Source of the DNA: Vulcanimicrobiota bacterium
Lineage (GTDB): Bacteria > Vulcanimicrobiota > Vulcanimicrobiia > Eremiobacterales > Eremiobacteraceae
Direction of reading: 5' to 3'
DNA length: 64,000 nucleotides
Assembly (NCBI GenBank): GCA_963812135.1
Contig: CAWETU010000001.1
Coordinates: 1,760,001 to 1,824,000, forward strand
Below are positions 20,389 to 29,881 of the stretch, piece after piece. The position numbers were made by a program, and so were the translations under genes. Every line of letters begins with the position of its first letter. Position 1 is the first letter of the stretch. The notes beneath the pieces are model-generated. The model saw nothing but the letters and a program-made list of their open reading frames with translations, was not told the DNA's origin and ran no database searches.

Positions 20389-20805
20389 ATGAAACAGATC
20401 GCACTATCCGTGCTCGGGGGCTTGCTCGCGAGCGTGCTTGCGGCAAGCCCCGCAACCGCGATCACCTACACGTGGACTCTCGGCAAGCCATACGAAATCG
20501 TCGCGTATCAGGTCGGCGGTGGCGTCATCACGATCGCCACTGCCGTCGTACTGTGCAAGCAAACCGCGCTTGTCTTGGATAATACCAAGCCATTCGTGTA
20601 CGACTTCAAGATAGGAACGCCCAAAGGCATTTTGTGCGCGTGGGGAGTGACGAGCACCCCGCCCTACAGCGCACCGATCGCCTCGTACTACCAGACCGGC
20701 ACGCCGGCGATCGTGAAAGTGCACACGAGTACCGGCATCATGACGGTCAACGTCCAACCCGCGCCGCCGACATCACCGACGTTGGGGCATCTGCCCTTCC
20801 ACTAG
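20389..20805 (+). CDS. Secreted hypothetical protein
   Basis: MKQIALSVLGGLLASVLAASPATA signal peptide. Confidence 0.7.
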   Translation: MKQIALSVLGGLLASVLAASPATAITYTWTLGKPYEIVAYQVGGGVITIATAVVLCKQTALVLDNTKPFVYDFKIGTPKGILCAWGVTSTPPYSAPIASYYQTGTPAIVKVHTSTGIMTVNVQPAPPTSPTLGHLPFH

Positions 20806-21257
20806 GACTGGTCGAGACGCCGCTGCTCTGCAGCGGCGTCGAGCGCGGCGTTCACGAGTTTGTCCGCGAGCTGATTCTGCTCGCGCCGCACGTGCGTGAC
20901 GTTCGCGACGTCGAACTGGCGCAACAAGTGGCGCGCTTTGGCGTGCAGCGGTATGATCTTGGCGTCTTTGACGCGGTACTGACCGTTCAGCTGGCGCACG
21001 ATCAGCTCGCTGTCCATACAGATGTCCGCCTCACGGCAGCCTTCGTCGATCGCGCGTTGCAGCGCGAGCAGCAGCGCGCGATATTCCGCGACGTTGTTCG
21101 TCGCGACGCCGAGATACTCGCTGATCTCCACGATAACGCGACCGTCATCGGCGAGGATCACCGCGCCGGCGGCAGCGGGTCCCGGGTTGCCGCGCGCACC
21201 GCCATCGGTGTAGATGACGCAATGCGACGTATGTCCCGGCTCAGATGCCGCGCTCAT
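20802..21257 (-). CDS. rnhA: Ribonuclease HI family protein
   Basis: IYTDGGARGNPGPAAAG, TNNVAEY, DSELIVRQ, HVRREQNQLADKLVN. Confidence 0.9.
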   Translation of the reverse strand: MSAASEPGHTSHCVIYTDGGARGNPGPAAAGAVILADDGRVIVEISEYLGVATNNVAEYRALLLALQRAIDEGCREADICMDSELIVRQLNGQYRVKDAKIIPLHAKARHLLRQFDVANVTHVRREQNQLADKLVNAALDAAAEQRRLDQS

Positions 21258-21355
21258 GCGAGGCACTTATCGCCGCGCGAGCGCAATACCCCCGAAGTGC
21301 TTGTGACGGTTGCTCGCCAGGTCGCGCGAGCGGTCGAGTCGTATAACGTTAGGCT

Positions 21356-21931
21356 ATGTTGAAACGTCTGCGCGCTACTGTTTTTTTCGCCCTGATCGCT
21401 GGAGCGGTCATCGCCGCTTGGGCCTCGGGCTCGGTCACGGCGGCCATCGCGGCGCCGCCCGCATCCTCACCGACGCCGACGCCCGTACCGACGCCGTTCA
21501 TGGAGCTCGCGCTCATCCCCAACGGCACGTGGCAGATCATCATCCAAGAGCGCGACATCCAGTATTCGAAGATGACGCTCAAGGCGGTAGGCAACGGGAT
21601 CACCGGGACCTGGAGTCCTGACAAACATACAAACTACTTCGTGAGCGGGATTCGCGACGGCGCCCGCCTGAAGCTCGACCTGAAGACGTCCGCTGCTCCC
21701 GACGCTCCGGTCGTCGGCAAGATCGACGCGACGCTTGACGGCATCGCCGACATGTTCGGAACGATCACCATCAACGGCGTCGATAAGCCGTTCCAAGGCG
21801 CGCAGCACTCGCGCGTGCCCCCGCCTGTCGACTCTGCAAGTCCGGCGCCCGGACAAGGCGGCCAGCCCGGCGGCCAACAGCCAGGCGGCTCGTATCCGGG
21901 TCAACCGGGCCAACCCGGCTATCCGCACTAA
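21356..21931 (+). CDS. Secreted hypothetical protein with PGQ-rich tail
   Basis: Signal peptide, PT linker, beta-rich core, C-terminal GQPGGQQPGG repeats. Confidence 0.7.
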   Translation: MLKRLRATVFFALIAGAVIAAWASGSVTAAIAAPPASSPTPTPVPTPFMELALIPNGTWQIIIQERDIQYSKMTLKAVGNGITGTWSPDKHTNYFVSGIRDGARLKLDLKTSAAPDAPVVGKIDATLDGIADMFGTITINGVDKPFQGAQHSRVPPPVDSASPAPGQGGQPGGQQPGGSYPGQPGQPGYPH

Positions 21932-21940
21932 GGGGCAGGC

Positions 21941-22300
21941 GTGAACAGCACCAGCAGCAATAGCGCCGACCAAGCCGCGGCGGCGATCGCCGCCATGGGC
22001 GCCATCGCCTTCGCCGTCTTCGGACTCGTCTTGCTCGTGCTCATCGCGTTCAGCGTCTGGATCTATTGGAGAATCGCGGTGAAGGCCGGATATCCGGGCG
22101 CGTATAGCCTGCTCTTGCTCGTGCCGGTGCTCAACTTCGTCTTGCCCATCGCGTTCGCGTTCGTGGATTGGCCGCTCGAAGTCGAAAATCGGCGCCTGCG
22201 CGTAGCGCTCGGCATCAGCAAGATGCCGCCGGAGGCGCCGCCCATGCCGCCCGACAATCCGCCGTATCCGCTGGTACCTCCGACGGGCTCCGCACCATAA
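21941..22300 (+). CDS. Small membrane protein
   Basis: WRIAVKAGYPGAYSLLLLVP..AFVDWP two-TM motif with Pro-rich tail. Confidence 0.75.
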   Translation: MNSTSSNSADQAAAAIAAMGAIAFAVFGLVLLVLIAFSVWIYWRIAVKAGYPGAYSLLLLVPVLNFVLPIAFAFVDWPLEVENRRLRVALGISKMPPEAPPMPPDNPPYPLVPPTGSAP

Positions 22301-22332
22301 GAAAAAACCGCCGTTGCTTTCGCAGCGGCGGT
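22301..22332 (-). terminator. Rho-independent terminator after the phasin-like gene
   Basis: accgccgttgc/gcagcggcggt stem followed by a T-run on the minus strand. Confidence 0.75.
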
Positions 22333-22348
22333 CTCGCTTCTCGTCTTT

Positions 22349-22372
22349 GTAGCGGTCGAATTTATTCGACCG
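22349..22372 (+). repeat. 24-bp GTAG REP (family A), copy 1
   Basis: GTAGCGGTCGAATTTATTCGACCG; identical reverse-complement copies at 58678-58701 and 63445-63468. Confidence 0.92.
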
Positions 22373-22696
22373 TTAGTTGTTGTGCTTGCCGGCCTTGACG
22401 GTCGCGCGCGTCGCGTCGATGGCTTGCTTCTGCGCGGTCTCGATCAGCTCGGCGACCTTCAGGGTGTAGGCCTTGCGGATCTCGAGGAACTTCTCGGCGA
22501 ACTCGAAGCTCTGCTCGATGACTTCCGACGGTGTCGGGAAGCCTTCGAACTTCGGCATCGCGGGAACGGTCGTCGGATAGCTCGCGGCGAGTTCGCGCAA
22601 CGATGTCATGCTCTTCAGGCTGGCATCCTGGGCCTCTTTGATCTGCGTCAAAACGTCTTCTTGGACTTTGTTGAAGTATTCGGTGTATGTCGGCAT
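22373..22696 (-). CDS. Phasin-like PHA granule protein (putative)
   Basis: 107-aa amphipathic helical protein (VIEQSFEFAEKFLEIRKAYT) downstream of phaC; AAGGAG RBS; strongly biased codons. Confidence 0.6.
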   Translation of the reverse strand: MPTYTEYFNKVQEDVLTQIKEAQDASLKSMTSLRELAASYPTTVPAMPKFEGFPTPSEVIEQSFEFAEKFLEIRKAYTLKVAELIETAQKQAIDATRATVKAGKHNN

Positions 22697-22721
22697 GATG
22701 GTGGCTCCTTTTGCAGCGTTA

Positions 22722-22763
22722 ATGCTTGTGCTAAGTATACCAAGCACGTGCTGTGTGTGTCAA
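22722..22763 (-). promoter_or_regulatory. Strong promoter with overlapping inverted repeat (candidate operator)
   Basis: TTGACA(22763-22758)-N18-TATACT(22739-22734) with TG extension; GTGCT-AA-GTATAC-CA-AGCAC inverted repeat centred on the -10. Confidence 0.7.
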
Positions 22764-22807
22764 GTGCCACGATGCGGGACAGGATGGGAAGGGAGCGACT
22801 TTGGTCT

Positions 22808-23161
22808 TTACCGCTCGGTGAAGCCTTTGTAGATGCGGATGAGCGTCTCTTTTTGATCCTGGCTGAGCTGCGGATCGAGCTTGATCGCAGACTCGACGCC
22901 ATGCGGCGCCGCGTTCTTGCTGTCCTCGTCGAGGAGGCCGGCTTGGCCATACATCGTCTCGGCGGACATGTGCAGCGCGTTGGCGAGGTTCTTCAACACT
23001 TCTGCTGAGGGCTTGTAAAGCCCGCGTTCGACCTGGCTGAGATACGGGTTGGACACTTTGGCGAGATCGGCGAGCTGCCGCAGCGAGAGATTCGCAAGTT
23101 CGCGCTGCGCCTTGATGAACTCTCCGAGGCTCTTCCACACCGCGTCGTCGCGCGTGCTCAT
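22808..23161 (-). CDS. XRE-family HTH regulator (Rv0474/MLDSR-like)
   Basis: LGEFIKAQRELANLSLRQLADLAKVSNPYLSQVERGLYKPSAEVL...DPQLSQDQKETLIRIY. Confidence 0.85.
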   Translation of the reverse strand: MSTRDDAVWKSLGEFIKAQRELANLSLRQLADLAKVSNPYLSQVERGLYKPSAEVLKNLANALHMSAETMYGQAGLLDEDSKNAAPHGVESAIKLDPQLSQDQKETLIRIYKGFTER

Positions 23162-24984
23162 TTGGCGGCTCTACGCGATTTCGATCTTGCCGTGCGCGCC
23201 TCGGCGGTGTGCGCTTGAGCCGCACGCGGCTTGATCGCTTGCGCTTTTGGACGAACGCGGCCAGCGCTTGGCTTGCCGTTCGTGCCGAAAGCTGCGCCGG
23301 TCTCATTTCGCACGTACAGGCCGGGCGCGGGTTCGCCTTGGGGAAGCTTGGCGGGCGCACGCAGCGCTCCGGCGTGCCGCTCCACCCATGCGGCCCAATC
23401 GTTCCACCAACTGCCCTCGTGACGCTTTGCCGATTCGCGCCATGCTTGCGGACTCTCGCCTTTGACCGCGCGCGGTTTGGTCCAATACTGCGACTTCGGG
23501 TTGCCCGGCGGATTGACGATGCCGGCGACGTGCCCGGAGTTCGACAGGGTGTACTTCGATTCACCGCCGACGTATTGCGTCGTCGCGTAGCTCGCCTGCC
23601 ACAGCGCGATGTGGTCGGACTCGGCGCCGAGCACGTACAGCGGTGTGCGGATCTTGCCGAGGTCGATCTTCGCGCCGCAAATCGCAAACGCGCGCGGTTT
23701 GACGATCGCGTTGTGCAAGTAGCAGGCGCGCAGGTATTGCGAATGCATGACCGCGGGCATGCGCGTGCTATCGCCATTCCATGCGAGGATGTCGAACGCG
23801 GGCGGACTCTTGCCCATGAACCAATTGTTGACGACGTAGCTCCAGATCAGGTCGTTGGAGCGCAGCGAGTTGAACGTGCCTGCCATCTCGCCCGCCTCAA
23901 GGTATCCGCGCTCCGCCATGCGCGCCTCGAGTTTGCTCACCGACGCTTCGTCGGTGAAGACGCCAAGGTCGCCAGGGAGGGAAAAGTCGACCAGCGTGTT
24001 CGTGGTCGCGGCGCTGTTGACGCGCCCGGCCTTGCCGATGGCGGCCAAGTATGCGAGTGCGATGACGACCATCGTGCCGCCCAGACACAGGCCGGCGAGG
24101 TTGGTCTTCTTGCTACCGGTGATGCGCTCGACCACATCGAGCGCGGTGAGCAGCCCTTTCTCGAGGTAATCGTCCATGGTGTATTTCGCCATGGTCTCGT
24201 CGGGGTTGCGATAGCTGATCATGAAGGTCTGGTGGCCGTGGCGCACCGCCCATTCGACGAACGAACGACCCGGCGCAAGATCCATGATGTAGAATTTGTT
24301 GATCCAGGGCGGACTGCACAGCAGCGGTATGGCGTGCACCTTGGCCGTCTGCGGTTCGTACGCGATCAGTTCGATGAGATCGTTGCGGAAGACCACGCGG
24401 CCCGGCGTCGCCGCCATGTTCGTGCCGAGTTTGAATCCCGACGTGTCGACCTGGCGCGGTTGGCCGCCGTTGTTCTTCACATCGTCGAGGTAGTTCTGCA
24501 TACCGCGCATCAGACTCGCGCCGCCGGTGTTCATCGCTTCCTTGATCACCGCCGGGTTCATCCACGGCACGTTGCTGGGCGCGAGCGCATCCATCATCAG
24601 ACGGATGGCGAAGCGGGCCTTGTTTCGCGTCGCCTCGGGCAAGCGCGACGCATCGACGAGATCGAGCGCGGCGCGCGAACGCACGAAGTAGTCTTCGAGC
24701 GCGCCGAAAAGGAACGGATTGGTCTTCCAGGCGGGATCGGTGAAGCGCTTGTCGTCGTGCGGCATGGTGATGACCGGATCGGGGTTCTCGCCCTGCATGC
24801 GTCGCAGCGTGTTCAGACCGACGGTCTGCTCGGCGATCGACAAGCCGCCGAGCCACGTCGTCAGCAGCGCGGGATTGAGCATCACATCAGCCGCGACCGC
24901 GCGCAACGCATCGTTGAGGGATGCCGGATCGATGCCGGCGATATCCATGCCGTAGTCGAGTTCTTCGGGTGGAATATTCGTCAC
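23158..24984 (-). CDS. phaC: Polyhydroxyalkanoate synthase
   Basis: DKRF..W, PPWINKFYIMDLAP, GLCLGG lipase box, WNGD, DHI and SGH catalytic motifs. Confidence 0.93.
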   Translation of the reverse strand: MTNIPPEELDYGMDIAGIDPASLNDALRAVAADVMLNPALLTTWLGGLSIAEQTVGLNTLRRMQGENPDPVITMPHDDKRFTDPAWKTNPFLFGALEDYFVRSRAALDLVDASRLPEATRNKARFAIRLMMDALAPSNVPWMNPAVIKEAMNTGGASLMRGMQNYLDDVKNNGGQPRQVDTSGFKLGTNMAATPGRVVFRNDLIELIAYEPQTAKVHAIPLLCSPPWINKFYIMDLAPGRSFVEWAVRHGHQTFMISYRNPDETMAKYTMDDYLEKGLLTALDVVERITGSKKTNLAGLCLGGTMVVIALAYLAAIGKAGRVNSAATTNTLVDFSLPGDLGVFTDEASVSKLEARMAERGYLEAGEMAGTFNSLRSNDLIWSYVVNNWFMGKSPPAFDILAWNGDSTRMPAVMHSQYLRACYLHNAIVKPRAFAICGAKIDLGKIRTPLYVLGAESDHIALWQASYATTQYVGGESKYTLSNSGHVAGIVNPPGNPKSQYWTKPRAVKGESPQAWRESAKRHEGSWWNDWAAWVERHAGALRAPAKLPQGEPAPGLYVRNETGAAFGTNGKPSAGRVRPKAQAIKPRAAQAHTAEARTARSKSRRAAK

Positions 24985-25736
24985 ATGTACAATCCGCCGT
25001 TGACGTCGTACACCGCGCCGGTGATATAGCCCGACGTGTCGTCGAGCAGAAAACGGACGACGCGCGCCACTTCTTCGGGCTGGCCGAGGCGCCGTTCCGG
25101 GGATTTTTGGATCGCCGCGTCGAGGGCGGCCTTTGGCATGGCGGCGACCATGTCCGTATTGATGAAACCGGGCGCCACCGCGTTGACCGTGATGCCGCGC
25201 GACGCGACCTCAAGCGCGACCGTCTTGGTCAATCCCATGACGCCGGCTTTGGACGAAGCGTAGTTCGCCTGGCCGACGTTGCCGGTGTGCCCGACGACCG
25301 ACGAGATGTTCACGATGCGGCCGTACTGGCGCTCGACCATGTGGTCGAGCACGGCTTTGATCATAAAAAACGGCCCCGACAGATTGACCGCCAGGACCGC
25401 TTGCCATTCTTCGACCGTCATCTTGCGGACCGTGTGATCCGCCGTGATGCCGGCGTTGTTGACGAGGAAATCGATCTTGCCGTAGTGCGCCCGGACCTCG
25501 TCGACGACACCCTTGCAGATGTCGTAGTGCGCCACGTTGCCCTCCCGGAACGACACCCGATGCGCGGCGCCGTTGAGCGATGCGCGCAGCGATTCGGTGC
25601 GTTCGCGGTCTGATGAGAGACCCATCACCACGACCGTGGCACCGTCGGCGGCAAGCAATTGCGTGATCGCAGCGCCGATGCCCCGCGCGCCGCCCGTCAC
25701 GATTCCAACCCTATTTTCAAGCGTGGAAGTTGTCAT
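24981..25736 (-). CDS. phaB: Acetoacetyl-CoA reductase, copy 1
   Basis: TGGARGIG, NNAGITAD, GQANYASSK, NGGLYM; adjacent to phaC. Confidence 0.8.
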   Translation of the reverse strand: MTTSTLENRVGIVTGGARGIGAAITQLLAADGATVVVMGLSSDRERTESLRASLNGAAHRVSFREGNVAHYDICKGVVDEVRAHYGKIDFLVNNAGITADHTVRKMTVEEWQAVLAVNLSGPFFMIKAVLDHMVERQYGRIVNISSVVGHTGNVGQANYASSKAGVMGLTKTVALEVASRGITVNAVAPGFINTDMVAAMPKAALDAAIQKSPERRLGQPEEVARVVRFLLDDTSGYITGAVYDVNGGLYM

Positions 25737-25787
25737 GGCTGCTAGGTTCACCTAGCGGGTGCTATGTTCCCCTTTGGCGCTTGTACG

Positions 25788-26528
25788 CTACATATCAAGG
25801 CCGCCGTTGACCGTGTAGACGGCGCCCGTGACATACGCTGATTCATCGTCGATCAAGAAACGCACGACGCGCGCCACTTCGCCCGGGCTGCCGAGCCGCC
25901 GCATCGGGATGCGTTCGATCACCTTGTCGAGCGCCGCCTTTGGTATCGCCGCGACCATTTCGGTCTCGATAAATCCAGGCGCGACGCAATTGACCGTGAT
26001 GCCGCGCTGCGCCATTTCCAGCGCAAGACTCTTGCTGAAACCGAAGAGGCCGGCCTTGGACGCCGCGTAGTTCGCCTGGCCGACGTTTCCGGTCTCACCG
26101 ATGACCGAACTGATGTTGACGATGCGGCCGCTGCCCCGTTCGATCATGTGCTCGAGCACCGCTTTGACCATGTGAAACGCCCCGAACAGATTGACGGCGA
26201 GCACCTGCTGCCATTCGTCTTCGGTCATGCGCCGGACGGTCTTGTCGAGCGTGATGCCGGCGTTATTGATGAGGTAGTCGACGCGCCCGTGCGCGTCGAG
26301 CACTTCCTTGACCACTCGCGCGCAATCTACTGGATCGTCGACCCGGCCCTGATGCACGGTGATGGACCTGCCGTCTTTGCGCAGCCGCTCCTGGAACAAG
26401 TCGGCGCCTTCTTTTCCCTTGCTGTAGCCGGCGGCGACGTGCGCGCCGTCCTTCGCGAGCTGCGCGGCGATCGCGCCACCGATGCCGCGCGTTCCGCCCG
26501 TCACGATGGCGACGCGTCCCTTCAACAC
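25788..26528 (-). CDS. phaB: Acetoacetyl-CoA reductase, copy 2
   Basis: TGGTRGIG, NNAGITLD, GQANYAASK, NGGLDM. Confidence 0.8.
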   Translation of the reverse strand: MLKGRVAIVTGGTRGIGGAIAAQLAKDGAHVAAGYSKGKEGADLFQERLRKDGRSITVHQGRVDDPVDCARVVKEVLDAHGRVDYLINNAGITLDKTVRRMTEDEWQQVLAVNLFGAFHMVKAVLEHMIERGSGRIVNISSVIGETGNVGQANYAASKAGLFGFSKSLALEMAQRGITVNCVAPGFIETEMVAAIPKAALDKVIERIPMRRLGSPGEVARVVRFLIDDESAYVTGAVYTVNGGLDM

Positions 26529-26610
26529 GTAAATGTCTCCCTTCCGAGAAATGTGTGCATTGCGGAGTTTGCGCCGGTCCTATGGTTCGACCTGCACAGC
26601 CGCGTGCCGC

Positions 26611-27039
26611 TTACGCGGTCCTCGCGTAGGTCACGATGTGCTGGGCCAGGGGTATGCCCGCGGCGTTCTCGCAACGCGCGGTCGCGTTGATGAGCCGGCG
26701 GCCGACTTTGGTGATCTGCGCCTGCGCATACAGCGTGCCGCCGACCAGCGGCGCGAGGAAGCTCGTGCTCATGTCGGACGTCACGGATGCGTCCTCCATC
26801 CCCAAGCGCGTCTTGATCGCGAGCCACACGGCGACATCGGCCGCGGTGATGAACACGAGCCCGGCGACGATACCGCCCGGCCGCTCGAACTCCGCATCGA
26901 ATGGCGCGCTCACGCGGCACGAGCCGTCACCGATGCTCTCAACGCGGAGCTTGAGCAGGCGTGTGAAGCGCGTTTCATCGAGCAGCCCTTGGAGCTGCTC
27001 GAGCGAGACGATAGGCGAACTCATACGCGCGTCCGGCAT
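26611..27039 (-). CDS. PaaI-family hotdog thioesterase
   Basis: ERPGGIVAGLVFITAAD, VTSDMSTSFLAP, ITKVGRR. Confidence 0.8.
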   Translation of the reverse strand: MPDARMSSPIVSLEQLQGLLDETRFTRLLKLRVESIGDGSCRVSAPFDAEFERPGGIVAGLVFITAADVAVWLAIKTRLGMEDASVTSDMSTSFLAPLVGGTLYAQAQITKVGRRLINATARCENAAGIPLAQHIVTYARTA

Positions 27040-27086
27040 AGTAGTATAAGGATGAGCTGGTGGTTCGAATGGTGTATGTCATCGAC

Positions 27087-27827
27087 ATGCAGCTACAGGG
27101 ACATTCGGTACTGGTGACCGGCGGGGCCACCGGCATCGGCCTGGCGATCGCGGAGCGATTCCTCGAAGCCGGAAGCGATGTCATCATCTGCGGGCGGCGA
27201 GAAAGCGCGCTCCGCGAGGCGCAAGCGCGGCACCCGGCGCTGCACATCCGGGTGTGCGACCTGACGGAAGAAGCGCGGCGTGCAGCGCTGGTGGACTGGG
27301 CCCTCAAAGAACATCCCTCGCTCGACGTGCTGGTCAACAACGCAGGTATCCAGCAATGGCTCGATCTCAAGCAAGGCGTGGAGTGGGCGCGGGCGCATCA
27401 GGAGATAACGATCAATTTCGAAGCGCCCGTGCATCTCGCGTTGTTGCTGCTTCCACATTTGCGCGCGCAGCGGTTCCCTGCCATCATCAACGTCACGTCC
27501 GGTCTCGCGTTCGCGCCGCTCGCCCGTACGCCCATCTACAACGCCACGAAAGCCGCGATGCACTCATTCACGATCTCGTTGCGGCTGCAATTGGCGGACA
27601 CGCCGATCCGGGTGATCGAGCTGATCCCGCCCGCGCTGAACACCGATCTCGGCGGTCCCGGGCTGCACGATTGGGCCATGCCAGTCAAGGAATTCATCGA
27701 CGCTGCTTTTGCCAAGCTGCAGACGGACGACGATCGGGAGATCCCATATGCCTTCTCCGACGAAGCCAGCCATGCGTCGCGCGACGGACTCGATGAGATC
27801 ATCAAGCGCCTCAACACTCCCCACTAA
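27087..27827 (+). CDS. SDR oxidoreductase (DltE-like)
   Basis: TGGATGIG, NNAGIQ, YNATKAAMHSF. Confidence 0.88.
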   Translation: MQLQGHSVLVTGGATGIGLAIAERFLEAGSDVIICGRRESALREAQARHPALHIRVCDLTEEARRAALVDWALKEHPSLDVLVNNAGIQQWLDLKQGVEWARAHQEITINFEAPVHLALLLLPHLRAQRFPAIINVTSGLAFAPLARTPIYNATKAAMHSFTISLRLQLADTPIRVIELIPPALNTDLGGPGLHDWAMPVKEFIDAAFAKLQTDDDREIPYAFSDEASHASRDGLDEIIKRLNTPH

Positions 27828-27834
27828 ACGGTAA

Positions 27835-28287
27835 ATGATAATGAGACGATTCGCGTTCCTCGCACTGCTCGTTGTGTGCTTGCTCTCGTCCTCTCCAAGC
27901 GCTGCGGCCACCGGCTGCGGTGCGCGGCCCGATTCGCTGTTCGCCCAAGCCGCGACCGACTACAACGCGGGCAACTACATCAACGTTTCGGCCGACATGC
28001 AGGAGGCGGCCTCCGACTATTACGCCTGCGCCAACCACGCCAAGGCGGCCGGCAATACCGCGAAGCAAGCCAGCTACGCATATTTTTACGGTCAATCGCT
28101 CTACGTCGCGGGCGAGGCCGAAGGCAAGCTGCACCACACCGCTAAGGTGAAAGAGCTCTGGTCAGCCAGTCTGAACGCACTACGTCCGCTCGGAGCGTCG
28201 CAGTATCTCACTCCGACCGAACAAGCGCTCGTCGCGCACGCGGTCAGCGTGATGACGCCCGCCCTGAAGGTTTTGAATCAAAGTTGA
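27835..28287 (+). CDS. Secreted helical (TPR-like) hypothetical protein
   Basis: Signal peptide and Ala/Tyr-rich helices. Confidence 0.65.
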   Translation: MIMRRFAFLALLVVCLLSSSPSAAATGCGARPDSLFAQAATDYNAGNYINVSADMQEAASDYYACANHAKAAGNTAKQASYAYFYGQSLYVAGEAEGKLHHTAKVKELWSASLNALRPLGASQYLTPTEQALVAHAVSVMTPALKVLNQS

Positions 28288-28309
28288 TCGCGGCACCCGC
28301 GCGCGTCGG

Positions 28310-28606
28310 TTAGCCGCCCGCCAGGGCCCCCACCACCATGAACGGCTCTGCGCCGCTCGCGACCTGGTTGGGCAACACTGACTCAGGTGGCTCGTGTGAG
28401 AGATCTTCTTCGCACGCGAAAAACCGGACGAACGCGCGCCGCTGTCGCGTGACGTGGTCGCGGATCGTTCCGCGCAACATCGGATAGCTCGCCTCAAGCG
28501 CGTCAAGCACGGAGCCGAGCGTTGGTTGGCCCTGCACTTCGATCTTCACCTCGCCGTCGACGTGGGCGATCTCCCGCAAGTGTGCCGGGAGCATGATTCT
28601 GATCAT
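28310..28606 (-). CDS. MoaD/ThiS ubiquitin-like protein
   Basis: [11 protein letters not shown]...YPMLRGTI..C-terminal ALAGG; ATGA overlap with the upstream gene. Confidence 0.88.
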   Translation of the reverse strand: MIRIMLPAHLREIAHVDGEVKIEVQGQPTLGSVLDALEASYPMLRGTIRDHVTRQRRAFVRFFACEEDLSHEPPESVLPNQVASGAEPFMVVGALAGG

Positions 28607-29718
28607 TGCAGCGTCTGGACCTCGACGGACAGCACGGCCGGCAAGTCGCGCACGATAGGGGCCCAGCTGTCGCCCGCATCCGCGGACGCGTAGACCTGCC
28701 CGCCGGTGGTCCCGAAATAGATACCGCTCGAATCGAGCGAGTCCACCGACGTCGCATCGCGTAAGACGTTGACGTAGCAATCTTTTTGCGGCAGGCCCTT
28801 GGTGAGCGCTTCCCACTCGTTGCCGCCGGTGCGGCTGCGGTAGACGCGCAGCTTGCCGTCGAGCGGGAAATGCTCGGAGTCGCTCTTGATGGGGACCACG
28901 TAGACCGTCTCCGGCTCGTGCGGATGGACCTCGATCGGGAAACCAAAGTCGGTCGGCAGGTTGCCGCTCACTTCGTGCCACGATTCGCCCGCGTCGTCGG
29001 TGCGCATGACGTCCCAATGCTTTTGCATGAAGAGCGTGTTCGGGCGCGACGGGTGCAGGGCGAGTCGATGAACGCAATGCCCGACTTCAGCATCTTGGTC
29101 AGGGATCTGCTGCGAACGTAAGCCGCGATTGATCGGACGCCATGTCTTCCCGCCGTCATCGGTTCGGAACGCGCCCGCCGCGGAGATCGCGATGAACATC
29201 CGCTGCGGATTGCTCGGATCGGCGATGATCGTGTGCAGGCACATGCCGCCGGCGCCCGGCTGCCAGTCCTTGCCGGTGTCGTGTTTGCGCAAGCCGGACA
29301 TCTCGTGCCACGTCTTGCCAGCGTCGGTCGAACGGAACAGCGCGGCGTCCTCAACGCCTGCATAAACCGTATCCGGGTCGGTCAGCGATGGCTCGAGGTG
29401 CCAGACGCGCTTGAATTCCCACGGGTGCGGCGTGCCGTCGTACCACTGATGCGTGCCGGGCACGCCGTCGTAGACGAATTCGTTGCCGGCTTGTTCCCAG
29501 GTTTTTCCGCCATCCCTAGAGACCTGGATGAGCTGGCCGAACCAGCCGCTGCTCTGCGACGCGTACAGGCGATTGGGGTCGGCGGGCGATCCCTTGATGT
29601 GATACATCTCCCAACCCGCGAAGTGCGGGCCGCTGACGTCCCACTTGTCCCGTTTGCCGTCGGATTCCAAAACGAAAGCGCCCTTACGTGTGCCGACCAA
29701 CGCGCGTACTCTGCTCAT
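28603..29718 (-). CDS. BNR/Asp-box beta-propeller protein (sialidase-like), no signal peptide
   Basis: LVGTRKGAF start and repeated S/T-x-D-x-G-x-T/S-W Asp boxes. Confidence 0.88.
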   Translation of the reverse strand: MSRVRALVGTRKGAFVLESDGKRDKWDVSGPHFAGWEMYHIKGSPADPNRLYASQSSGWFGQLIQVSRDGGKTWEQAGNEFVYDGVPGTHQWYDGTPHPWEFKRVWHLEPSLTDPDTVYAGVEDAALFRSTDAGKTWHEMSGLRKHDTGKDWQPGAGGMCLHTIIADPSNPQRMFIAISAAGAFRTDDGGKTWRPINRGLRSQQIPDQDAEVGHCVHRLALHPSRPNTLFMQKHWDVMRTDDAGESWHEVSGNLPTDFGFPIEVHPHEPETVYVVPIKSDSEHFPLDGKLRVYRSRTGGNEWEALTKGLPQKDCYVNVLRDATSVDSLDSSGIYFGTTGGQVYASADAGDSWAPIVRDLPAVLSVEVQTLQ

Positions 29719-29820
29719 CCATCGCTCCTCTTGTCGAGTGTTAACCGCCCTGGTGCTTGCAGCCGAGACACGTGCTCCCCTTCTCCAGAGCGCAATGATG
29801 GCATTGAGCGCTGGCAGCGA

Positions 29821-29859
29821 AAAGAAACGCCGCCGCGCGTGAAGTCGCGCGCGGCGGCG
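29821..29859 (-). terminator. Rho-independent terminator
   Basis: cgccgccgcgcg/cgcgcggcggcg stem with a TTTCTTT tail on the minus strand, after the phosphoesterase stop. Confidence 0.7.
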
Positions 29860-29881
29860 AGTGTTTGCCGACCTTTATGTG

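Noticed and set aside
21840..21931. GQPGG repeats, and the PT-rich repeats at 38410-38470 and 43540-43800
   Set aside because: Low-complexity protein linkers rather than DNA-level repeat elements
29867..29880. gccgacctttatg, reminiscent of a REP half-site
   Set aside because: Single, incomplete, with no partner arm or second copy in the window
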